The notes under the pieces were generated by a model that ran no database searches, was not told where the DNA came from, and was given only the letters and a program-made list of their open reading frames with translations. A stretch of DNA of 62,205 nt, the filler included, from a bacterium (GTDB lineage: Bacteria > UBA9089 > CG2-30-40-21 > SBAY01), in assembly GCA_040757115.1 (NCBI GenBank). It is 5 parts of 5 records of this genome, joined end to end, with 100 filler letters (N's around TTAATTAATTAA, not from the genome) between each part and the next. Parts side by side here need not be neighbours in the genome. Positions count along the whole stretch, not along the records: positions 15,470 to 46,885 come from JBFLYA010000018.1; positions 46,986 to 54,552 come from JBFLYA010000180.1; positions 54,653 to 62,205 come from JBFLYA010000181.1; 2 more parts are not named here. One strand, written 5' to 3'. A program made the position numbers and the translations under genes. Shown here in pieces: positions 46,396-56,837 of the stretch (its first letter is position 1; the number at the start of each line of letters is the position of its first letter).

Positions 46396-46885
46396 GTAAC
46401 TGCTCATCATCAAGTGGCAATCTGCACCTTACAGCTTCAACAGCCACATAATATCTAAAGAACCGTTTTTTATGGCGAAGGACCTCATGGATAACAAACT
46501 GCACTTCTTTGCCCGATCATCTCTGCTAAGGATGGCAGCCTGTATTCTCCAGAAAGTCTATCGTATAAATACTTACGAAAATTCACTCCAAGTTTTCGAC
46601 ATGTATCTTTAATTGACAAAAATATCTCCCAACTCCGTGTCCCTTCCTCACTTCTGGTCGGTATGATGATCTTGCGTTTTACAACATATTCCCTTACAGC
46701 TAATTCTGCTGGATTGTTGTGCAATGGCACTTCGGGATGATCTAAGACCACCAACAATCCTGATTTCCTTTCCATTGTTTTCGCTATGCATTCATCAAGT
46801 GTAACATATCCTGTTTTTACTGAAAAGAGTTTATCAAATGCCTCATTTAATCGTTTTTTCTCTTTCTCATCTGGATTGGATTTAT
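46396..46885 (-). mobile_element. IS66-family element right part (transposase C-terminus 46485-46885)
   Basis: FDKLFS..TGY..LD, HPEVPLHNNPAELAVR..KRK, TCRKLGVNF; terminal GTAACTGCTCA at 46396. Confidence 0.85.
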
Positions 46886-46985
46886 NNNNNNNNNNNNNNN
46901 NNNNNNNNNNNNNNNNNNNNNNNNNNNNNTTAATTAATTAANNNNNNNNNNNNNNNNNNNNNNNNNNNNNNNNNNNNNNNNNNNN
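46886..46985. other. Artificial contig linker
   Basis: N-run with TTAATTAATTAA. Confidence 0.97.
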
Positions 46986-47267
46986 CCCGAATAGTAAATT
47001 TCGTGTCTTCACACTATTTCTACTATCGGCAAAAGACCTTTCTTTATTTAGCTAATTCGTGCCAAAAACTTCTATCATATTGAGTCCTATCCAAAAACTT
47101 GAACATCGAGTTATAGAAATAGGTAGAAATTGATTGTGGAAAACAACAAATTTCCATAAATTTCTATTAGTTTCTATTAATTTCAATTTTTTTATAATAT
47201 CTCCCTATCTCCTTAATCTCCACATCTCCTTTTGTTACACCACCTGAACGCTTACCAATCTTTTTTA

Positions 47268-47296
47268 TTGACATTATATAAAATTTAGTGTATAAT
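47268..47296 (+). promoter_or_regulatory. Consensus sigma70 promoter
   Basis: TTGACA-17-TATAAT. Confidence 0.8.
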
Positions 47297-47304
47297 ATAT
47301 GAAC

Positions 47305-47348
47305 ACTGGGAGGAAGAATTATAATTTTTTCATACTCCCAGTTTTTTT
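47305..47348 (+). terminator. Terminator-like hairpin immediately after the promoter
   Basis: ACTGGGAG...CTCCCAGT with a T7 run. Confidence 0.55.
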
Positions 47349-47514
47349 ATTTAATTTGGTCTAACAAAAGGCTAAAGAAATTAGAGAAAAAAGTCGATAA
47401 ATAAAGAGAGAGGAGAAGGGAAGAATATTTCTCCATTTCCCCGCTTCTTTGTTTCTCTTTTCTATCTTTGCGTCTCTGCGGTGAAAAATAAAAACTTTTT
47501 ACAAGAGGGCTAAA

Positions 47515-50500
47515 GTGAAACGATATATCACAATATTATTAAGTATTTTTATTGTTAGTTCTGCTTCTGCTGGCAGTCTTAAATTTAATGAGGGGACCAG
47601 AATGCAATCATACTTGCTTACAGTACCCTCAAATGCTGTCCCTATGGTTATAGATTTTAATCATGACGATTCAAAGGATTTAATTATAGGCGATGGGAAA
47701 GGAACGGTTTGGTTCTATCAAAATTTTGACACGACGAATAATTCCCCTCAATTTCTTAGTGGGAGTGAAATTAAAGTTGATGGATTTCCAATTAATGTAA
47801 ATTCTAATGCAGCTCCATTTGTAGTCAATTGGGATAATCAGAATGATTTAGACTTAATTGTTGGAAATGGTAATGGTGAAATAACTTTGTTTATAAGTTC
47901 AAATGGACCTTTTCCAAATAGTTCACCTGCTTTCCAACCAGGGATAGAGATTGCTGAAATTAATGTATCTTCTAATGCCACACCGTTTGTTGCTGACTGG
48001 AATGATGATGGGGAAAAAGATCTTATCATTGGCAATGCATTAGGGAATATATGGGTATATTTGAATGAAGGCACTCAAAATGAACCTCGATTTAGCCAGG
48101 GGTATCTGGTATTAGCCGGGACGACAACATTATCTGTAGGAAATGATGCCGTCCCGCAAGTTGTTCAATGGGATGGGAAGGGAAATAAAGATTTAGTGGT
48201 TGGCAATCGTGAAGGTGAGATATATGTCTTTTTAAGTAGCACTAAAACTACTACAGGCACCCCTACTTTTACTACTGGCAATAAGGTTCAAGCAAATAAT
48301 AAAGACATAGATGTAGGATTTAATGCCGCCCCGTTTATTACTGATTGGAATAATTCCGGAAATATTGATTTATTAATTGGTGAGTTAGATGGGTCTTTAA
48401 ATCTTTATCTCAACTTAAGCGATAAGCCACCTGTATTTTCTATCCCATCTAAGATTGCCGGTGCCCCAACAGACCTTGATGCTGGTAGCAGAGTTATTCC
48501 TCATGTTTTAAACTTTAATAATGATGGGGCAAAAGATATGGTTGTCGGTGATGAAAATGGCAATGTAAAACTTTATCTAAACTCTGGAAATGATAATGAC
48601 CCTAAATTTAGTGATGCCTATACATTTCAGGTAGATGCTGGGACACTAACCGGCATAGTAGATTTAGATGTCGGCGATAATGCCAGCCCGTATGTCTATG
48701 ATTGGGATGGTAATAGTATTAAAGATTTAATTGTAGGAGATAGTCAGGGTTTCATATATATATTTATTAATTCTAAAACTGATGATTCACCACTTTTTAA
48801 ACCGGGAACTAAAGCCACTACCGGAACTGGAACTAATCAACCATTAAAAGTTACAGGGGATGCTACGCCAATCATAACTGATTGGAATAATGATGGATTA
48901 ATGGACTTATTGGTAGGTGACAACTATGGTTATCTAAATCTCTTTTTAAACTCCGGGACCAACCAAAAACCCGTATTCCCTCAATCTCCTCAACGAATCA
49001 AAGCAGATGGGACGGATATTACTGTTACCCAAAATGCTAAACCTTTTGTCATAGATTTTGATGAGATTAATGGGAAGGATTTAGTTATTGGGAATAAAGA
49101 TGGATATTTGAATGTATATTTGAATATTGGTAATGACGCCAATCCAATATTTACCAATGACCAGTCTTATCATTTTCAAATTCAAGCCAACGCGCAACCC
49201 TTGCAAGTCTCAGGTTATGCCGCACCAATAGTTATGAATTGGAACAACGATAATATACTTGATTTGATTGTAGGAGAGGAAGACGGTTACATTAATCTTT
49301 ATACCGGTAGTAGAGAAAATTCGGCTCCGGTGGTTTTATGTGATACACCTGTCGGCACGCAAACTAAAGATGTAACCATTAAGTATCTCCTACAAGACGA
49401 TGAAAATAATCCTTGTTCGATTGTGGTGGAATATTCTCCGGATGGTGGGTATACCTGGATAACAGCGTCCGCAGTTGCAAATGCCGGAGATGGAATGTCA
49501 AATTTAAACTCATCTAAAGAAGGAGTAAACCATAGTTTTGTCTGGAATTCTTTTGGAGATTTAGGTGGGGTGATAAAAAAGGTAATAATAAAAATTATCC
49601 CTTCTGATAGTCAGGTGGAAGGTGAGTCTGGAAAAACAGGTGAATTCTGGGTGGATAATGTGACTATCTACAACTGGCAAAGAATAAAACTTAATGGTGC
49701 AGACCTGAATATAAATCCTTATTCCAGTCCCATAGTTATAAATTGGGACGAAAATGGAAGTGATGACCTTCTCGTAGGCGGTGAAAATGGTTATGTCTAT
49801 TTTTGCAAAAATATAGGGTCAAATCAATCTCCAGTATTTAAGGTCGCAGTTCCATTGCAAATCCAGGGAGGTGGTTTACTCCAGGTAGATAGTTATGCCA
49901 GCCCTTATGTCTGCAATTGGAATAGTAGTGGCAAAAAAGATTTATTAGTTGGAGATAAAGAAGGTTATGTGACATTTTTTGAAAATACTGGTGATCATTT
50001 AGTATTAGCGAAAGGTAAAAAAATTCAAATTGGCACATCTAACCTTAAACTCTATGGCGGTTACGCTACCCCTGTTGTGACATACTGGAATGGAGATAGT
50101 TATAAAGACTTATTGGCTGGTGATAGAAATGGTAATGTCTATCTTTATTTGAATAAAAATGTCTCACCTCAAGAAGATACCTCACCTTTATTATCCCCAG
50201 GGGTTAAGATTCAAGGAAATAGCGATTTAGATGTCGGCAATAATGCCGCACCTTTTATTATTGATTGGGATAAAGATGGTCGTGACGATTTGATTATTGG
50301 GAATGAGGAAGGGTTTGTCTTTTTCTACAAAAATCTTGGCGCAAATGGAACCCCTTCATTTAAAACAGGGTCTAAGATTAAACTCGATGGAGCGCCAATC
50401 AAAGTTAATGCCAACTCAAAACCTGGCATATTAACACAGAGCCAAGACACCATTGACTTGATAGTCGGAAGCAAAGCCGGGTATGTATTTCGATATTCCA

Positions 50501-51906
50501 TTAGCCGACCCGCTGAAAATACCCCACCACAACTAACGATTATCAATCCGAAAGGGACTCAAAGTGTTCAGACTGGCAGTGTGACGATAGGCTATATACT
50601 TGCAGATGAACAATGGAATAAATGTAATATCAAGGTAGCATATTCAACAGATGGACAATATTGGTATTCGGCAACCGGCACACCTAAATCTGACTTAGAA
50701 TCTACACCAGAAGGGACAAATCAGACATTTACCTGGTTTTCTAAAGAGGATATAATTGCGACGAAAACATACATTTACCTTCGACTTATTCCAAATGATG
50801 GCATTGCCGATGGTCCTACTGCCACGGTCAGTTTTTACTTGAGAAATAGAAATAATTTACCCATTATTACTAATGTTACAACTAAACCTGTTGGTCAATT
50901 AGGTCAGATAGAGATTTCGTATGACCTTTATGACCAGGATAGTGATTTCTGCCAGGTTTTTGTGGAATATCAAGGTGGCTCCGCAGGAAATAAATGGGCA
51001 ACTGCGACGGTCGTTGGAACGACAACTGATATTCTCCCTGGAACAGGAAAAACTTTAACCTGGCTCTCATCGGTTGATGAGAAAAATCAGTCAGCTAAAG
51101 ATTACAAAATAAAGGTTACCCCGTATGACATAGAATATGGCACTTCTGGGGTATCAACACCATTTGAGGTAAATAATACCTTTATTTCATCAGCCGTAGT
51201 TCCAAAAGGCACGACAACAATTTTAACCTTTTCTCCCACAATCATTGAAATCCTTATCCCTTTTTCCAATACTTATGATGTCCTTGTCACAGTTGAGAAA
51301 GAGCCATCTGGTATCCCCGCTATGAATACCTTAGCCGCTTTAGATAATACGGTCAGAAAGATTACCACAGCCTGGTTACCTCTAAATGTTAAATCTCCTG
51401 CCCCGCAAACAAAGGCTAAACTTACGATTGACTATACTGATTTAGGTTCTTATGAAACTGAGAATTTATTGCGAATATTTGAGTTACGCGAGAATAAATG
51501 GGTAGTGGTCGAAGGAAAACAATCCGTAGATGTGGTTAATAATCGTGTTACCGCAGAGGTAGAACATTTCTCGGTATTCAGGATTGGACTATATGCTAAT
51601 TCCCTGGCTAATTTTAGCATCTCACCAAATCCATTCAAGGATAATGATGGGATAAAAGAAAATGGTGAACTTGGTGCTGGTGGCGATTATGAAGTTATAA
51701 CATTCGTGGGTGTGAATAAGGTTGAAATTTATACCATTGCGGGTGAATTGGTTCGTGAATCCAAAAACTCGGAAATAGATTATAGCGGTTGGCGATGGAA
51801 CTTACGAAATGATGCCGGTAGATTAGTCAGTAGTGGCATTTATATTTATGTCGCTTATGATAGTAGCGGTGCCTGTGTAGTTGGAAAATTAGGAGTAATA
51901 AGATAA
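47515..51906 (+). CDS. Secreted FG-GAP/VCBS beta-propeller repeat protein with Ig-like domains and C-terminal FlgD/T9SS-like domain
   Basis: Many P..DWN.DG..DL.VG...G repeats; signal peptide; ISPNPF..IYTIAGELV..SGIYIY..GKLGVIR. Confidence 0.88.
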   Translation: MKRYITILLSIFIVSSASAGSLKFNEGTRMQSYLLTVPSNAVPMVIDFNHDDSKDLIIGDGKGTVWFYQNFDTTNNSPQFLSGSEIKVDGFPINVNSNAAPFVVNWDNQNDLDLIVGNGNGEITLFISSNGPFPNSSPAFQPGIEIAEINVSSNATPFVADWNDDGEKDLIIGNALGNIWVYLNEGTQNEPRFSQGYLVLAGTTTLSVGNDAVPQVVQWDGKGNKDLVVGNREGEIYVFLSSTKTTTGTPTFTTGNKVQANNKDIDVGFNAAPFITDWNNSGNIDLLIGELDGSLNLYLNLSDKPPVFSIPSKIAGAPTDLDAGSRVIPHVLNFNNDGAKDMVVGDENGNVKLYLNSGNDNDPKFSDAYTFQVDAGTLTGIVDLDVGDNASPYVYDWDGNSIKDLIVGDSQGFIYIFINSKTDDSPLFKPGTKATTGTGTNQPLKVTGDATPIITDWNNDGLMDLLVGDNYGYLNLFLNSGTNQKPVFPQSPQRIKADGTDITVTQNAKPFVIDFDEINGKDLVIGNKDGYLNVYLNIGNDANPIFTNDQSYHFQIQANAQPLQVSGYAAPIVMNWNNDNILDLIVGEEDGYINLYTGSRENSAPVVLCDTPVGTQTKDVTIKYLLQDDENNPCSIVVEYSPDGGYTWITASAVANAGDGMSNLNSSKEGVNHSFVWNSFGDLGGVIKKVIIKIIPSDSQVEGESGKTGEFWVDNVTIYNWQRIKLNGADLNINPYSSPIVINWDENGSDDLLVGGENGYVYFCKNIGSNQSPVFKVAVPLQIQGGGLLQVDSYASPYVCNWNSSGKKDLLVGDKEGYVTFFENTGDHLVLAKGKKIQIGTSNLKLYGGYATPVVTYWNGDSYKDLLAGDRNGNVYLYLNKNVSPQEDTSPLLSPGVKIQGNSDLDVGNNAAPFIIDWDKDGRDDLIIGNEEGFVFFYKNLGANGTPSFKTGSKIKLDGAPIKVNANSKPGILTQSQDTIDLIVGSKAGYVFRYSISRPAENTPPQLTIINPKGTQSVQTGSVTIGYILADEQWNKCNIKVAYSTDGQYWYSATGTPKSDLESTPEGTNQTFTWFSKEDIIATKTYIYLRLIPNDGIADGPTATVSFYLRNRNNLPIITNVTTKPVGQLGQIEISYDLYDQDSDFCQVFVEYQGGSAGNKWATATVVGTTTDILPGTGKTLTWLSSVDEKNQSAKDYKIKVTPYDIEYGTSGVSTPFEVNNTFISSAVVPKGTTTILTFSPTIIEILIPFSNTYDVLVTVEKEPSGIPAMNTLAALDNTVRKITTAWLPLNVKSPAPQTKAKLTIDYTDLGSYETENLLRIFELRENKWVVVEGKQSVDVVNNRVTAEVEHFSVFRIGLYANSLANFSISPNPFKDNDGIKENGELGAGGDYEVITFVGVNKVEIYTIAGELVRESKNSEIDYSGWRWNLRNDAGRLVSSGIYIYVAYDSSGACVVGKLGVIR

Positions 51907-51907
51907 A

Positions 51908-52819
51908 ATGCAAAAATTAATAAATCTCATATGTTTTATAAATCTTATAATTACTTTACCTGTTTTTGCCCAGGATAAGTATACCGGGGAAACCTGTGCT
52001 AATTTTTTAAAGTTAGATGTTGGGGCAAGACAGGGGGCTTTAGCCGGTGCCTTTGCTGGCGTAGGAGATGATGTCAATACCATCAATTATAACCCTGCGG
52101 GCTTAGTCTATGCCGGAACTATTTCTTTGACTGCCATGCATAATCAATGGTTTCAATCTATAAAATATGAATATCTTGGTTATGCTCAGCAGATGTGGTG
52201 GGGTGGAGTCCTTGGTGGAAGTTTAGCCTATCTCCATATGGGTGATATAAAAGGTAGTCTGGTTGGGAATAAACCAGCAGAGGATTGGACTGCCCGGGAT
52301 TCTTGCTTGACCATTTCTTATGCCCATCCCTGGAATGATAGACTTTCTGTTGGGGCAAATCTTAAGATTATCTATGAAAAAATAGAACAAGAGGATGCCT
52401 CTACAATAGCATTTGATTTTGGCACCTTTTATAAAACAGTGATTGATAACCTCTCCTTTGGTTTATGTCTTCAAAATGTAGGTTCCGGGCTAAAATTTAT
52501 TCAAGAAAAATCTGATTTGCCCATAAACATAAAAGCCGGGATGTCGGTAAAATTACTTGATGAACGGTTGCTCATTGCCCTTGATGCAAATAAACCTGTG
52601 GATAATGAGATGAATTTACGGCTTGGGGTTGAATATCAATTGATAGATGCCCTGGCATTACGCGCCGGGTATCGAACAGACCCGGATATTGGTTCTGGAT
52701 TCTCTGGTGGTGTGGGATTAAAAGTAATGAATTATGCGATAGATTATGGTTTTGCCCCCTATGGTAACTTAGGCGATACCCACCGCATTTCTCTGCGTAT
52801 GGACTTCTTATCTGAGTAA
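51908..52819 (+). CDS. PorV/PorQ (UPF0164)-family outer-membrane beta-barrel
   Basis: FLKLDVGARQGALAGAF, YNPAGL, LRAGY, LGDTHRISL. Confidence 0.85.
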   Translation: MQKLINLICFINLIITLPVFAQDKYTGETCANFLKLDVGARQGALAGAFAGVGDDVNTINYNPAGLVYAGTISLTAMHNQWFQSIKYEYLGYAQQMWWGGVLGGSLAYLHMGDIKGSLVGNKPAEDWTARDSCLTISYAHPWNDRLSVGANLKIIYEKIEQEDASTIAFDFGTFYKTVIDNLSFGLCLQNVGSGLKFIQEKSDLPINIKAGMSVKLLDERLLIALDANKPVDNEMNLRLGVEYQLIDALALRAGYRTDPDIGSGFSGGVGLKVMNYAIDYGFAPYGNLGDTHRISLRMDFLSE

Positions 52820-52884
52820 GGCATCTGGTAACTGTTCAGCCACTGATTAACACGGATAAAACGGAGAAGAAAGTAAAAAGTAAG

Positions 52885-53178
52885 GTAACTATTCACCACG
52901 AAGGGCACGGAGAGCACGAAGTGAAATTTGATGAATTATCGAATAGAGTCATTGGATGCGCTATAGCGGTGCATCGAACTCTTGGGCCAGGTTTGCTTGA
53001 CACCGTGAAGAGTGATAATTCACAATTCACAATTGACAATTCACCATTTACCATTATTAAGGAAATTTAGGGAAGAAATTGTGAATGGTGAATGGTGAAT
53101 AGTTACCAATTTTTTAATAATATCTCCCTATCTCCTTAATCTCCACATCTCCTTTTGTTACACCACCTGAACGCTTAC
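52885..53178. mobile_element. Composite IS66-type MITE with perfect 8-bp target duplication AAAGTAAG, carrying a GxxExxY 5' fragment
   Basis: Direct repeats at 52877-52884 and 53179-53186; 52885-53000 matches 25641-25526; 53107-53178 matches ~47184-47255; nested in outer GTAA unit 52828-53362. Confidence 0.9.
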
Positions 53179-53197
53179 AAAGTAAGAAGTAAAAAGC

Positions 53198-53332
53198 AGG
53201 AGAAATCCTCATACCCCTCCAGGGCACAAATGACGATGAAAATTGAGCATAGAGATTGGAGATTAGAGATTAGCAAGAGTGCAGGTTCTAATTCACTAAT
53301 TCTCTAATCTCTAATTAACTATTTTCAGGAAA
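53198..53332 (+). mobile_element. AGGAGA-type (IS110-like) MITE
   Basis: AGGAGAAATCCTCAT..CACAAATGACGATGAAAAT...ATTTTCAGGA; same interior as 61461-61583. Confidence 0.78.
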
Positions 53333-53417
53333 ATCCCCCATTTTATTTTACTGACGCATTACCTCAACCTTTAAATTTTTGTTGACAAAATACACTTCTT
53401 TGTATAAAATAATAATA

Positions 53418-54344
53418 ATGAGAAAAAAAGGGATAATTTCATCATTAATTCTATTAATAATATTTATGTGTGGTTGTTTCCAAAAAGAGAAGAGTATCCT
53501 ACTCCAATATAAATATCAGTCTGGCGAGATACTTAAATATAAATTCTCTAATATTTCCAAAGGGATAATTACCACAGAGGGATTACCAATTTTGGGCACT
53601 TCTACTTCCCCCATTGAAGTCCTGATGGAGACAAGCTGTAAATTTACCCAAAAAGTTACAGGAATCGAGGAAGGTGGGGTGGCAAATATAGACTTCAGCT
53701 ATGATTCTTTTGAACAAGATATTAAAACGCCAATCTTCAGCCAAAAACAGGTAAATCCATTTTTTAATCTTCTGGAAGGCAAAAGTCTTAATATAAAAGT
53801 AGGAAAAGATGGTTCTTTGTTAAAACAAATAGGGATAGAAGAGATTCCTGGTCAGATACCAGAAAATATTCAGCAAGAATTGATTCCAAAATTTAAGGCA
53901 GAATGGGAAAAAAATATAGTCACATTAATTGAGAGAAGTTATCAAAGATTCCCATTAGAAGAAATGAAAGTGGGGGATAGTTGGATTCGTGAATTAAGTT
54001 ATAATATTCCATTATTGGGCACGACGCGTGGGAAATTTACCTATACTATTGAAAAATGGACACAAATAAGAGGAATTGAGTGTGTTCAAGTAGGGATAGA
54101 GGCAAACCTGACTGTTAGTGAAAGAGAACCCTTTGTATTCCCACAGGAAATAGACATTTCAAAGGTAACATTTAACGGTGCGGCTCAAGGCAAAGGGAAA
54201 ATGATTTTTGCATATCAACAAGGAAGGTTAATGAGTAATGATTTAGAAATGGATGTCAAGATGCAGGTCAATTATAGCCAGCCTGAAAGAGAATTAAAAA
54301 TGAATCTGGATTTTAAGACACAAACATTACTCGAACTCGAATAA
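53418..54344 (+). CDS. Putative lipoprotein (DUF6263-like), probably leaderless
   Basis: MRKK + hydrophobic stretch + MCGC; FP...KVGDSW; TTGACA-17-TAAAAT ends 7 nt before the ATG. Confidence 0.65.
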   Translation: MRKKGIISSLILLIIFMCGCFQKEKSILLQYKYQSGEILKYKFSNISKGIITTEGLPILGTSTSPIEVLMETSCKFTQKVTGIEEGGVANIDFSYDSFEQDIKTPIFSQKQVNPFFNLLEGKSLNIKVGKDGSLLKQIGIEEIPGQIPENIQQELIPKFKAEWEKNIVTLIERSYQRFPLEEMKVGDSWIRELSYNIPLLGTTRGKFTYTIEKWTQIRGIECVQVGIEANLTVSEREPFVFPQEIDISKVTFNGAAQGKGKMIFAYQQGRLMSNDLEMDVKMQVNYSQPERELKMNLDFKTQTLLELE

Positions 54345-54365
54345 GAAGATTAAGAGTGAAATTTT

Positions 54366-54552
54366 GGTGGTGTTTTAATCTAGCATAAAGGTTAAAATAG
54401 TGTATAGGGTTCTGCAAAATAGGATTTCAGGAAGACAACAAATAAATATTAAATATCAAATATTAAATATCAAATATAAATATCAAAATGCAAAATTACA
54501 AATCAAATTTCAAAGAGGAAGTAGCAGGGTTTCTCAAAGAGTTGGAGGAATT
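54366..54552 (+). mobile_element. Miniature element with a differently deleted four-helix-bundle relic (MQNYKSNFK-EEVAGFLKELEE), cut by contig end
   Basis: Homologous to 1-126 and 15169-15369. Confidence 0.75.
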
Positions 54553-54652
54553 NNNNNNNNNNNNNNNNNNNNNNNNNNNNNNNNNNNNNNNNNNNNTTAA
54601 TTAATTAANNNNNNNNNNNNNNNNNNNNNNNNNNNNNNNNNNNNNNNNNNNN
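54553..54652. other. Artificial contig linker
   Basis: N-run with TTAATTAATTAA. Confidence 0.97.
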
Positions 54653-54825
54653 ACTTTGGAATTTGGTGTTTGGGATTTGGTGCTTGGAATTTGGAATTTA
54701 TTTGGAATTTGGTGCTTGGAATTTGGAATTTCTATCTAATCTGTCCACTAAAAGATGTGGGTAATGATTAGGCCAAGGGAGAACATCAACTGAGTAGCGA
54801 CAAAGCACTAGCATAAAGGTTAAAA

Positions 54826-56837
54826 CTCACATTCAACAGCAAAATTTGTAACATATTAATATTACTACACTTAATTTTTAAGATTGTCACTACATGTGGC
54901 TCTTTCTGTTTTTCTCTTCCATAATTATCCGTGATGGAGATTTTATCTTGAGGGTTTTCAAAATCCTATTTTGCATATAAGTAGGTTCACTTGTATAACC
55001 ATAAGATTTTCCTCCTACCTTCATAACAGCTATTCCCATCTGTTTAAACAGACTAAAAACCCTTTCGCCACTTACATTAATACCTCCCTCCCGTAACATC
55101 TTCTCTACTACTTTTTGCACGATATAAGCCAAAACACAGATAAACACATGAGCTTTCACTCTTTCCTCTTTATGGTGATAAAAAGGTCGAAGTTCTAATG
55201 GTGTCTTTAAACTCCGAAATGCTCTCTCTACATCTTGTAGGTCTTTATAAGATTCGATTATCTCCTCTGCACTCAAATCCTTCTCATAAGTCCGTAAAAT
55301 ATACACCCCATCCAATTCATTCTCTAATCTTATCCCTTCTTCATTCCTGAAATATTCAAAACTTTTATTCTTCTCATCTAATTTATACTTATACAAACCA
55401 TAACCATGTCGAAAAGATAAAATATCTTCAACCTTCTTAACTATCTTCTTTAAAGAAGGTCTTTTCTGTTTGTCTACCTCTCCCTTTAATTCCTCCAATT
55501 CCTTCTCTATCTCAGCCATATTCTCTTGACGCTCTTCTCTTTGCTCCTTTGCTATCTCTGGATGACGACAAATAATGTAACGAAGTCCATCCTCTCTTCG
55601 CCTCTCTCTATATTCTAAATTATCCTCAAGCCGACAATAAATCAAAGAAGTCCCTTCCAACATTATCTCCTTTACCTCTTTATTCCTACGCTTGCGTAAA
55701 GCCAATATTGATTCAAATCCTTTTTCTTTTTCTAATATTTCCAAATTCTCTTTGCTTACTAATCCCCTATCCCCAACAAAGATGCATCTGTTTATCTTGA
55801 ATTGCTCCTTTAACTTAGCCAATACCTCTTTTACTGTCTTCTTATCTACACGATTACCTTCAAATACTTCATGTCCAATCGGTAAACCATTACACAGAAT
55901 TAGCCCAATGACTACTTGAGGCTTACCAGGTTCATGATCCCTGGAGTAGCCTAATTTCGCCAACCCTTCCGGTCCATCTCCCTCAAAGTAGCTGGAAGTT
56001 AAATCATAAAATACCAGATCTACTTCCAGACTGAATAAGTCCCGAAATCTATAATAGAGGTGGTTTTCTATCTCTTCCTTCATACCTAAAAGGTAATCCA
56101 TACCCCGATAAAACTTCATCACTTCCTTTTTGGCAATATCAATCCTTTCTTCTTCTTCTTTTTGAACTGTTTCCAATACCTTCTCATCAAACCCATGATT
56201 TGACCACCAGACTCTACTTAACCATTCAAATATACCCAGCTTGCTTGTAGGATCACTTAATTTATTTACTACCATCATTTTAATCCAGTTGCTGTAGTCT
56301 AATTCTACCTTCTTGCCCTTTAGTATCTTTTCCACCAAATCTTTTAATCCCAATTCCTGCCACATAAAAGAGGCAAGATATCCTACCCCATACTCCTTAA
56401 TCTCTTCATTCCTTAAGTCTTGTGCAAAGATTAATGGTTTCTCTCCTACCTTTTGCAGTAAGCCATTGACAATCCGCTTTATATCCTTTCGTAAGACAAC
56501 TACATTGCCCAGATTAGCTATTACCCTTTGTTTGCGTTTACCTTTCTGGTAATAACTCTCTACCACCCTGACATATTCATTGATTTGACCAGTTGATGAT
56601 TTAGTCTTAACCGTCCTTACAAATGCCATTGTGTCATTCCCTCCTTCTTTTCTCAATTTCTGATAAGAAGTATAGCATTTTAAGGACAATTTGCCAAGAA
56701 ATATTTTTTGCCTTTGGACATTTTATTGTCACTCACTTTTTGGAATTTTTTAATCCCCTCTCTTCCAAATCCCTTGTAAATACAAGAAATTCTACTTTCG
56801 CTACCACTAATTTCGTCAATTTCCTGTTGAACTTGAG
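54826..56837 (-). mobile_element. IS1634-family insertion sequence
   Basis: Imperfect inverted repeats CTCACATTCAACAG / CTGTTGAACTTGAG around the transposase; no clear target duplication. Confidence 0.82.
54890..56629 (-). CDS. IS1634 DDE transposase
   Basis: FYDLTSSYFEG, GYSRD, VGDRG, VERAFRSLK, LRPFYH, AHVFICVLAY; start set at MAFVR. Confidence 0.93.
   Translation of the reverse strand: MAFVRTVKTKSSTGQINEYVRVVESYYQKGKRKQRVIANLGNVVVLRKDIKRIVNGLLQKVGEKPLIFAQDLRNEEIKEYGVGYLASFMWQELGLKDLVEKILKGKKVELDYSNWIKMMVVNKLSDPTSKLGIFEWLSRVWWSNHGFDEKVLETVQKEEEERIDIAKKEVMKFYRGMDYLLGMKEEIENHLYYRFRDLFSLEVDLVFYDLTSSYFEGDGPEGLAKLGYSRDHEPGKPQVVIGLILCNGLPIGHEVFEGNRVDKKTVKEVLAKLKEQFKINRCIFVGDRGLVSKENLEILEKEKGFESILALRKRRNKEVKEIMLEGTSLIYCRLEDNLEYRERRREDGLRYIICRHPEIAKEQREERQENMAEIEKELEELKGEVDKQKRPSLKKIVKKVEDILSFRHGYGLYKYKLDEKNKSFEYFRNEEGIRLENELDGVYILRTYEKDLSAEEIIESYKDLQDVERAFRSLKTPLELRPFYHHKEERVKAHVFICVLAYIVQKVVEKMLREGGINVSGERVFSLFKQMGIAVMKVGGKSYGYTSEPTYMQNRILKTLKIKSPSRIIMEEKNRKSHM

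Noticed and set aside
54400-54600. 66-aa ORF with KYQILNIKY repeats
   Set aside because: Translation of heptamer arms running into the linker.
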